A DNA stretch of 64,000 nt, taken from positions 64,001 to 128,000 of IMG/VR virus record IMGVR_UViG_3300031998_000011; one strand, written 5' to 3'. The notes under the pieces are model-generated. The model saw only the letters and a list, made by a program, of their open reading frames with translations, was not told the origin of the DNA and did no database searches. The position numbers and the translations under genes were made by a program. This DNA comes from a virus (lineage: Duplodnaviria; Caudoviricetes). Below, in pieces: positions 28,005-36,700 of this stretch; the first letter of the stretch is position 1, and the number at the start of each line of letters is the position of its first letter.

Positions 28005-28172
28005 ATGGCGTCTGCAAAGTACAGGGAGATACCGGTCTATACAAAGACGGAAGTCGATGAGTGGCGCAGGAACTTCCTGATAGTCGCACTCGTCACGGTT
28101 ATCCTTGCGTTCTGCCTGGGCTACATCATAGGACACTTCAGCATGGACGACATACTCAGAACATTCGATTAA
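28005..28172 (+). CDS. Small single-TM protein
   Basis: AAGGAG RBS; hydrophobic helix. Confidence 0.6.
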   Translation: MASAKYREIPVYTKTEVDEWRRNFLIVALVTVILAFCLGYIIGHFSMDDILRTFD

Positions 28173-28191
28173 CACATAGGAGGACACAACC

Positions 28192-28536
28192 ATGTCTCAA
28201 TACCAGATCATACAGCTCAAGGACCCGGCCAGTCCGTCAACACTGCAGTTCCCCGTAACACCTGCGGAATCACTGGTGCAGTCAATCAACGCAAGAACAA
28301 CCCCGCTTATCATCATGCTGTCCCAGTGGAGTGACACGCTGACGACGCCGACAGAAGCGAACCAGTACGCATACAAGCCCACAGCCAAGCTGGTCTGTGT
28401 CAGTTCTGCATCCGGCAGTTCTTTCGCGTGGTCTGCAGGTACAGCGCCTGTTGCAGGTAAGTTGTATATGTACGAGGGCACTCTTTATGTAAAGAGTGCC
28501 GCTTCAGGCAGTTTGGCCATTTTGCAGATGCCTTGA
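28192..28536 (+). CDS. Small virion/decoration-like protein
   Basis: N-terminal QLKD...FPVT motif resembling the fibre N-terminus; S/T/A/G-rich. Confidence 0.55.
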   Translation: MSQYQIIQLKDPASPSTLQFPVTPAESLVQSINARTTPLIIMLSQWSDTLTTPTEANQYAYKPTAKLVCVSSASGSSFAWSAGTAPVAGKLYMYEGTLYVKSAASGSLAILQMP

Positions 28537-28557
28537 GCCAGTAACACAGTGAGTAAT

Positions 28558-28591
28558 GAGAGCCTGTTCCCGTGTGGGTGCAGGCTCTTTT
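28558..28591 (+). terminator. Intrinsic terminator
   Basis: GAGAGCCTG...CAGGCTCTTTT. Confidence 0.7.
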
Positions 28592-28595
28592 CCTG

Positions 28596-28604
28596 TATAG
28601 TAAG
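28596..28604 (+). promoter_or_regulatory. Putative class-II promoter motif TATAGTAAG
   Basis: Identical 9-mer at 38498 and 61619; variants at 18354, 27764, 32960, 61910. Confidence 0.55.
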
Positions 28605-28654
28605 CCGGTGCACAATGACGTGCACGTAACCAAACAACAAAGGAGTAACACGTT

Positions 28655-29134
28655 ATGGATTTCGCATGGGCAATCAATGCACTCAAAGCAGGACAGAAAG
28701 TCACCCGCAAGGTATGGGATGGAGATCCGTCGTATATCGAGCTTACGGCACCAGGCTCCAATTCTATTATTGCAGTTGGCGACGATACACAGGTAGAGAA
28801 CTGGCTATGCTTGCATAGCGATATCTTTGCGGATGACTGGGAGGAATACAAGGCAGGTAGCATGGAGAACTGCGAGACCCTCAGCAATGCCATCAACCAG
28901 CTGCTCGACAAGGTCAACAAGATGCCGCAGTTGCATGCGACCGTGCAGCCTGGGCCGAACGACAAGGAGCTGACGGTCACTATCGTTGAGGAAGAGCCGG
29001 ACGAGAGGATCGCCGTGACGCTGAATGTCACGGAGGTATGCAGGGAAGCCATCGGCTGCACCATAAGCAACCCTGACGGCATCACCAAGTCCAGCATCGG
29101 CAGCTACGGCCTGAACGACAAAGTGGAGGGCTGA
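28655..29134 (+). CDS. DUF2829 / Tad2-like domain protein with C-terminal extension
   Basis: MDFAWAINALKAGQKVTRKVWDG...W...SDIFADDWEE. Confidence 0.75.
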   Translation: MDFAWAINALKAGQKVTRKVWDGDPSYIELTAPGSNSIIAVGDDTQVENWLCLHSDIFADDWEEYKAGSMENCETLSNAINQLLDKVNKMPQLHATVQPGPNDKELTVTIVEEEPDERIAVTLNVTEVCREAIGCTISNPDGITKSSIGSYGLNDKVEG

Positions 29135-29137
29135 CGT

Positions 29138-30226
29138 ATGGATTTCGCATGGGTTGTGGACGCACTGCGCAGAGGTCTTAAGGTCACACGCAAGGACTGG
29201 CTGCTGGCCAATCCACCGATGTACCTGTACATGGTGACGGAGAAGAAGCCGGATGGCAAGCACATCATCAAGATGCACCCAGGAACGGGTCCAGACTTCG
29301 AGTGGACTCCTACTGCAGAGCAGCTGCTCATTGTGGACGACTGGGAGGAGTACGTGGAGCCCAAGAAGGCAGCACCGGCCAAGTCTACGCAGGAAGATCT
29401 TCCTGTGTGGCCGGAAGTCAATGCTGACGGCTATGCCCGCATGAGCAAGGACTCTGATGTGATCATTCATGACGGTGTCTACAGGTTCAAAAAGAAGCCA
29501 GTGTTTGGTAATAACAAGCTGACTCTCGATGAGAACGGTCCCCGTATGGGCGATACCATGACCGTCGAGGAGTACCAGAAGGTGCACAGCGGTGAGGAAC
29601 CAGTCTGTGAGTCCTGGCCTGCACTCAAGAAGGTCTGGACCACGTACTGGGACCTGGACATCCAGATCACAGGTGCACTGATCGACAAGGCAGACTATCC
29701 GTATACACTGTGTGAGCGCGACGTGATCGAGCAGAAAGGAAACAAGGTTGTTGTGCTTGCAGAGCCCGGTTTCTCCCAGCGCACTGTCACGCTGCACCTG
29801 GATGAGAACTGCTGGACAGACGCCAAGGACGCATCCGCCAGCTTGATCCACAGAGTTACCAACAGGTTCGGCTGGAACACCGAGTTCTTCATCAGCCTGC
29901 TCAACGGTATCGAGCACACGGACGGAGACTGGTGCAAGCCTTGTTTTGAAGGCGACAACAGATCACTCGGCGACCTGTTCACGGAGGACATGGAGTTCCT
30001 GGCGCAGGAACAGGCAAGAGTCACGCACAGCTTCTACTACATCATCAACCAGTATCTCAGGCTGGTGCAGACAACGGCTCCGGAGAGACAGCGCAAAGCA
30101 CTGGTGGCAGCAGTTGAAGATCAGATGGAGCACAAAAGAAACGTGCTGTCTGCACTTGGTATCAAGGTGCCTGCTCCGCAGAAGACTGATGTCCCGCTGT
30201 CCAAAGAGGACACCAACCATGTGTGA
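29138..30226 (+). CDS. DUF2829 / Tad2-like N-terminal domain fused to a large unknown region
   Basis: MDFAWVVDALRRGLKVTRKDW...WTPTAEQLLIVDDWEE. Confidence 0.7.
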   Translation: MDFAWVVDALRRGLKVTRKDWLLANPPMYLYMVTEKKPDGKHIIKMHPGTGPDFEWTPTAEQLLIVDDWEEYVEPKKAAPAKSTQEDLPVWPEVNADGYARMSKDSDVIIHDGVYRFKKKPVFGNNKLTLDENGPRMGDTMTVEEYQKVHSGEEPVCESWPALKKVWTTYWDLDIQITGALIDKADYPYTLCERDVIEQKGNKVVVLAEPGFSQRTVTLHLDENCWTDAKDASASLIHRVTNRFGWNTEFFISLLNGIEHTDGDWCKPCFEGDNRSLGDLFTEDMEFLAQEQARVTHSFYYIINQYLRLVQTTAPERQRKALVAAVEDQMEHKRNVLSALGIKVPAPQKTDVPLSKEDTNHV

Positions 30227-31058
30227 GAAGGAGCCCAAGCGCAGGAGCTGCACCACATGCCCGCAGTACGACGGCATGAAGTGCACGGCTACGGACTTCA
30301 AACTGGGAGACCGTGACGAGGTTCTGCATCAGGAGAACCGGCGCGGGTTCATCTGTCTGGACACAGGCGAGGCTGATCTGAAGGGTGACGCTGCAATCCA
30401 GTGGACAGCAGAGCAAGAGCGCCTAAGTCAGGAGAAAGGTTACAAGTCCTGCGTGGAGATGTGGGCCGCAGAGGGCAAGCAGGTCAAGTCAGGTTTCCTT
30501 ATCGACGAGGACAACGAGCATCTGGAGCCTTTGCTGCAGGTGTCCGGTTCCCCTTCCTCGGAGAGTCCATCCCTACGGGATGGACCTCCTCAGAAGGGGA
30601 AAATCGCGGAAAACAGACATCTACACAACACAACCAGGTGCTCTCTCATTCGGAATCTGGAGGCACACTGCGGTAACTGCAACAAGAGCCACACAGAGGG
30701 CGACCGGCTGGTCTGTGACAAGTGGGGCCTGCAGGATATCCTGATGCCGTATCGGCCCTGCGAAAAGTGGGCCGCAGATCCGAGCAAGGGCTTGCACTGG
30801 ACTGATGCACCTTCCTTATATAAGGAAGGTGTGTCTCCAGAACCGAAAGCCGGGGATCTGGTGGTTGTTCCTGGCAGTAGCATCTGCACTGCAGACAATG
30901 TGTCGATTAACAAGCGACCCGCTGAGAACACCTGTATTACTTATGTAAGTAATACACCTGAGCCAAACGCAGTGTTCACAGATGAGGAAATCGCACAACT
31001 GAAGGATGCTATGCACACCATGCAGCGCATCCTGGAACAGCACGGAGTAACACTATGA
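30219..31058 (+). CDS. Cys-rich hypothetical protein
   Basis: CTTC and CGNC clusters; GAGG RBS. Confidence 0.6.
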   Translation: MCEKEPKRRSCTTCPQYDGMKCTATDFKLGDRDEVLHQENRRGFICLDTGEADLKGDAAIQWTAEQERLSQEKGYKSCVEMWAAEGKQVKSGFLIDEDNEHLEPLLQVSGSPSSESPSLRDGPPQKGKIAENRHLHNTTRCSLIRNLEAHCGNCNKSHTEGDRLVCDKWGLQDILMPYRPCEKWAADPSKGLHWTDAPSLYKEGVSPEPKAGDLVVVPGSSICTADNVSINKRPAENTCITYVSNTPEPNAVFTDEEIAQLKDAMHTMQRILEQHGVTL

Positions 31059-32815
31059 CCATCACTATCGCGAGTGCCATTACATGTGACCGGCTCCCGT
31101 TCCTGTACATCCTTCTGGGATCTGTCAAGGACCGCAAGCAGCCGGACACTGTGATAGACTACCACGTGTTTATCCCGTACACACAGAGCATGGGCCAGAG
31201 CTACTACGACGAGTACTTCAGCGAGTTGTGTGATGACACATTCCGGGTGCATGTCAGGGACATTACACCAGTGCTGCAGCCGATGGGCGAGTTGCACGGC
31301 GGCGGCATCTACTACACAAGATGCATGTTTCCCATGGTGTTTCCAGAACTGGATCGTCTGCTATATCTGGATGCTGATATCCTGTGCCACAAAGACGGCA
31401 TAGAGGACTTCTGGGAGACAGATCTGACAGACTGTTACGCAGCTGTCGTTCCGGACCCGCCCATCATGTGGACAGACCGGTATCAGTTCGAGAGGGACAA
31501 TACAGGTCTCACCAGATATTTCAATAGCGGTGTCATGTTGTTCAACTTTGATGAGATCCGCCGGCAGGGCATGGATACGCAGCTGGTTGACTGGTGCAAG
31601 CACTGGGACTACAGCAAGCTGAAGCCGTATCACTATGACCAGTCCCTGATAAACTGGCTGTTCCAGGATCATGTTAAATGGATGCCCTGGCTGTACAACA
31701 ACCAGGTGCTGACCTCCTGGGGCTACAAGGTCGCGTCTTATGAGCGACAGGCTGCAGAGGATGGCTACAAAACACCGCTGGATACCGTGAAGGACACACT
31801 GTTCCTGCACTTCTGTGATCATGTGAAACCCTGGGCTTCCAAACTCCTGTATCCGGATGTCACATATCCGTATCTCAAGGAAGCGCGTATGATCTGGCGT
31901 GATGCTGTCAGCAAGTACGCCAAACCGGGCGCCATGCAGGACACCATAACAATCGCCACGACGGCCACGCTGGACCGCAAGGAGAACGTCTACATCCTGC
32001 TGAACAGCATCCGCGAGAACAAGCGGATGGACACGCAGATCACGTTCTACCTGTTCGCGCCGAAGACCGAGATCCCGGAGTTCCAGCGCTACATGACAGG
32101 CATCCCGTCCGAAATGTTCAAGGTAACTATTATGGATGTGGACTGGTTCGCCGACAAGGTTGACACCAGAGGCACCATACGGAATCACCTGTACTACGCC
32201 AGATGCCTGTTCCCGCAGGTGTTCTTGACGACAGACAAGCTGCTGTACATGGACATAGACATGGCCTGCATCGGCCCAGGCATCGAAGAGCTGTGGAACG
32301 AGGACATCGAGGGATGCTGGGTAGGTGCCTGCATCGACCCGACCTGGCAGTACTGTCCGTATTTCAGTCATGATCCGATCAACTGCGGTACGGACCACTA
32401 CTTCAACAACGGCATGATGCTGATGAATCTGAAGCAGATCCGCGAGGACGGCAAGGACAAGGAGTTCGCAGAGTGGTGCATGCATTGGGATAAGACCAAG
32501 CTGGTCTGTCACTGCTTCGATCAGACGCTATGCAACTACCTGCTGAAGGACAAGGTGCGGCTGCTGAACACCAGATACAACAACAGCCTGCTGGCGTCGC
32601 TGGGCGTCGCAGAGGACGCCTATGCGCTGTACATGGAGGAGCAGGGCTACGATGAGCCGCTGGACAGCCTGCGTGAGGCCGTGTTCCTGCACTTCTGTGG
32701 TAGCAAGAAGCCCTGGGACTCGGAGGCGCTGGCATGCGACAAGAACGAGTACCCGTACAAGGACGAGGCCGTGGATTTGTGGCGGCAGATCAGGGAACGG
32801 TTCGGAAAGAAATAA
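31055..32815 (+). CDS. Glycosyltransferase family 8 with two tandem GT8 domains
   Basis: YLDAD / YMDID, YFNSGV / YFNNGM, DQS / DQT, HFCDHVKPW / HFCGSKKPW. Confidence 0.9.
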   Translation: MTITIASAITCDRLPFLYILLGSVKDRKQPDTVIDYHVFIPYTQSMGQSYYDEYFSELCDDTFRVHVRDITPVLQPMGELHGGGIYYTRCMFPMVFPELDRLLYLDADILCHKDGIEDFWETDLTDCYAAVVPDPPIMWTDRYQFERDNTGLTRYFNSGVMLFNFDEIRRQGMDTQLVDWCKHWDYSKLKPYHYDQSLINWLFQDHVKWMPWLYNNQVLTSWGYKVASYERQAAEDGYKTPLDTVKDTLFLHFCDHVKPWASKLLYPDVTYPYLKEARMIWRDAVSKYAKPGAMQDTITIATTATLDRKENVYILLNSIRENKRMDTQITFYLFAPKTEIPEFQRYMTGIPSEMFKVTIMDVDWFADKVDTRGTIRNHLYYARCLFPQVFLTTDKLLYMDIDMACIGPGIEELWNEDIEGCWVGACIDPTWQYCPYFSHDPINCGTDHYFNNGMMLMNLKQIREDGKDKEFAEWCMHWDKTKLVCHCFDQTLCNYLLKDKVRLLNTRYNNSLLASLGVAEDAYALYMEEQGYDEPLDSLREAVFLHFCGSKKPWDSEALACDKNEYPYKDEAVDLWRQIRERFGKK

Positions 32816-32826
32816 GGCAGACGTCC

Positions 32827-32850
32827 GGGCGCTCCGATGGGGCGCCTTTA
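32827..32850 (+). terminator. Probable terminator
   Basis: GGGCGCTCC-gat-GGGGCGCCT then TTAATTTT. Confidence 0.55.
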
Positions 32851-32873
32851 ATTTTGTACTTGAAGTTGAAAAT
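32851..32873. repeat. Dispersed pseudo-palindrome, copy 4
   Basis: ATTTTGTACTTGAAGTTGAAAAT. Confidence 0.7.
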
Positions 32874-33009
32874 CATACAACCTGAATGTACAACATGGTT
32901 GTATGATATGTTGTATAAACGGCCGGTCTGATTGGGTAATCATGATGTTACGCCGCGCCTATGGTAACGATACTACTCTCTTATTTGGTTGCAACCCAGG
33001 AGATTCACC

Positions 33010-33432
33010 ATGTACGACACAAAGCCCGAATTGATCGGGATCTACAACAACGGCGTGAAAGGCGGCGGTTCCGGCGGCTCCGGCGGTTCCGCACATCCGG
33101 ACGGCAGCGGCGGTCTTATCGTCGATGTTCCTACTGGCGCCTGGACATCCTATACAGATCTTGGCAGTGCCTCCACAGTCACTCTGCTGGCCGGTCAGGC
33201 ATATAGTCTCGACGTTCCGGAAAGCTGCACGATTTCAGCTGCTGTCATGGCTGGATATCTTGGTCCGGATGCACAGCTGACAATGACTGTGGCAAATGGG
33301 GCTACGGTTACACTGGCATCTCCTCTTTCGGCGCATGACCAGCCAGTGGCGGGGGCCGTTAACGACTGCTCGATCAAGTTCCACGGGGACCATGCTTATC
33401 TCTATGTGGACAATGTAACGAGCAACGGATAA
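33010..33432 (+). CDS. Small fibre-associated protein
   Basis: MYDTKPELIGIYNNGVKGGG N-terminus; C-terminal domain similar to an internal domain of the 1564-aa fibre. Confidence 0.65.
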   Translation: MYDTKPELIGIYNNGVKGGGSGGSGGSAHPDGSGGLIVDVPTGAWTSYTDLGSASTVTLLAGQAYSLDVPESCTISAAVMAGYLGPDAQLTMTVANGATVTLASPLSAHDQPVAGAVNDCSIKFHGDHAYLYVDNVTSNG

Positions 33433-33444
33433 GGAGATAGGTAT

Positions 33445-33732
33445 ATGTACGATACAAAGCCAGAACTGATAGGCATTTATAATAACGGTGTGAAAGGCGG
33501 AGGTGGTGGCGGAACAGGCATCGTCAGCATCACGATTCCTCCTGCCAGTCTCACGACTCCCGGCGTTGTTATCACCGGCAACACCGCAAATCCACAGCTC
33601 ACCAGTGACACGGTCAATGTAGTTCCGACCCAGTGGTATTTCCAGCAGGAGGTATCGCGGCTTGATAACAGAATCGACAGTGCCGGCGTCATTCAGTACA
33701 CCAAAATCGCACAATATCCACCTGAGAACTAA
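33445..33732 (+). CDS. Small fibre-associated protein
   Basis: Same 20-aa N-terminus as 33010; AAGGAG RBS. Confidence 0.65.
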   Translation: MYDTKPELIGIYNNGVKGGGGGGTGIVSITIPPASLTTPGVVITGNTANPQLTSDTVNVVPTQWYFQQEVSRLDNRIDSAGVIQYTKIAQYPPEN

Positions 33733-33743
33733 GGAGCACCCAC

Positions 33744-36700
33744 ATGGCTACTCAGACTTACATGACCGCCAAGCTCAACCTCGCTGACGGCACTATCGTT
33801 TATCCGCAGATTTCCCTCGACAACATCGTTCGCTCCATCAGTGATCCCACGCTGGTTACTGTGGCGGAGCTTTCCGGTGGCAAGGTGCCCATTGCACAGC
33901 TGCCGACGACGATTTCCGTTACCGATTCCAATACCACGGTTCCTACCACCGGCGCCGTTTACGGTGCGCTGAACACCAAGCAGAACACTCTTGTCGAAGG
34001 AGACAACATCATTCACATTGTCAATGGGAGCACCATCATGGCAGACATCACCAATCTCGACGTGGCCGGCATCGACCAGACAGCCACCAACGGCGTACAT
34101 CTGGTCCTGGATGGCAACACTGTCAGCGCTGCGGCAGACCTGGCGGCCAACGACAGCGCCGGTGTTATTGCTGGTGCCTCCGATGGCGTGAAGCTGGTGG
34201 ACGGCGTTGCGCAGCTCGATGTTGCTACAGCACCTGTGGCAGACGGTGTTACGGCTGGTCTGGTCAAGACGGTTGGCGATGGCCTGCTTGTTGAAGGCGG
34301 CACTGCATGCATTGACGACGCCACCGTGGAAACCACGCTGCAGGACGTCCGCATCGACGATGGCAGCACTGTTACGCCGGTGAGCGACCAGGTCGTCACG
34401 CCAGGCAATCTTCGTGGTGCACTCAGTGTTGGTCAGGCGGTGGATGTGAGCTGTAAGGCTTTGCTTTGCGGTTGGTCAGAAATTCAATATGCTGATGATG
34501 ACACTTGGTATTCCACAACGACTGAAGCGTTCACCAAGGATTCTACAAAATTCCTTGGTACTTTCAAACTGCGAACAACTGGTTCAAATCAATATTATCG
34601 TTTTGGGTTCGGTACTTCCGGAAGCACGGGCAGTCTGTTTCCGAAAAGAGCAGCGGGACTTAAATATCTGTTTATTTGCGATGTACGAAATAGCTCGACG
34701 ACTACAGCATGGGGCGCTTATAGCTTAATGCAAGCAGACGGTAGCCCTTATCCCAATAACAATTCCGTGAATGGTATTCCCTATACGGTTCCAGTAGCAA
34801 ATTGTTCACCTAATGGCAGTTTTGTGCGTATGGCTATCTTAGTTAGTGGTGACGCTGGCTATATGAACTTAGCCATTCAAGGAGGTGGCGTAAGCGCTAC
34901 ATTTGAAATTGAGATCAAGAATTGGCGTCAGTACGAAGTCACCGCGCTCACTGATGACGCCATTGCTTACATTGCCCAGCTGCCGGATCCCGACGCCTTC
35001 TTCCGCAGCACTGACGCCTACAGCATCCGCGACAAGTACCTGATCAAGCAGGACATGGTCAGCCCCTTCATCCCGATCATCAACATGTCCAACAGCGACC
35101 TGACGATTGCTGCCGGCCTGGCCTACAAGATGCAGATCACTGACAGCAACACGCACAAGTTCACCGTCGATACCATCCCGACCAACGGCTATGGCTGGGA
35201 CAGCCATCTGCAGCTCTTCGTCAATGACGTGGCCACGGTTACATTCCAGAACCCGCTCGTGCTCATGAACCCGCTGACTCCGAACTCCGGTCACAATATC
35301 ACGATCAAGTGGCGTGCAGGTCAGGCGCTGGCGTATGTGGAAGACACAGACGTCGGCTATGTTGTCACGGTTACGGCGGGCACCGAGAACGGCAGCCTGT
35401 ATTACGGCCTGACGAATGATGTCGGTGGCTATGTCGTGTTTGCGGATAGCGTCGATGACCAGACGATCAGCCTGATCGAAGGAACCACGATTTCGCGCAA
35501 CGTCAATATCATCGGCAACGGCATGGAAACGACGGTCATCGACGGGGATATCTATTCCCAGGGTAATTCTGTCGGCATCACGAATCTGACGCTTACCGGT
35601 TCCTCAATCGGTCTTTGCAGAGTTTGGAATGATTATACAGGAGACATCGTTTCCATCTCCAACTGCAAGATCGAGAACTGTGTGGGAAGCTACCCCGGTC
35701 CTAATGGTTATCTTGGTTATTACAACGTCGGCCTTGACAACTGTATCGTGGTCGGCTGTGGTGGTGAGAGCCACGGTACGCTGTTTGCGCTCCTGGACAA
35801 GGATGTTACGAATACGATCTTTACGGATTGCAGTATGTCCGGGGGAACGCAGTGGCAGGTAGGTCGTACTGTTTACTGCTTCGGCAAAAAAGGCTGCAGC
35901 ATAAGCGGTTGCACCTTCAGTAATAACAAGGCTTATTATGGTGATGTTAGCGTATATAACAGCGCGACATGGACGATTGAGAACTGCCTGTTTGAGCCAC
36001 TGTCTGTTTCCTCATGGAATTGCGGCGTTGTGGTGCAGGCCGGTGCTGATCAGGCTGGTGCCGGTTATGCTACGATCACGGGTTGTACGTTTAACAATAA
36101 TATCAGCTGCTGGCATTATACCAGCGGTACAGATATTGACTACAGAGGCCGCGTCGATTTTACCGGTGTCAATATCCTGAACGGGACAGCAGGCGGTTCT
36201 GGCCTGTACTACTGGCTTGACGGTTCCACCATCACCAGCCCGGAGCGCACTGGTGCTTTCGATTTCGCCGATTGCCAGTTCAATCTGGGTCCGTCTGGCA
36301 ATGCGGTTTTCGAGGGCATCACGTTCAAGAACAAGAATGCAACACATGCCCCGATGATACTCTCTCTAAATACTCCTACTACACAGGAGTTCATCGACTG
36401 CGTGTTCACCGGCAACACATCCAGTGTTCACGGTGGTGGCATTATGGTTAGCGGCTGGGGGAACACCGTTATTTTGAGCGGTACTACCTTCAGCGATAAC
36501 CAGGCTGCTCAGGGCAGTGCTGTCCGTTTCGAGAACGGCCCGCTGCTTTCTGTAACTGACTGTCTCTGCTCCAACTGCACACTCGGCGGTACATTCCGTC
36601 TGCTGCGCACGGCAAAAGGAGAGTTTACCAGGCTGACTATTACGGACACTACCAGATATACTGCTTTCAGTCTGTACGGCGGATGCAATATCACGTTTGA

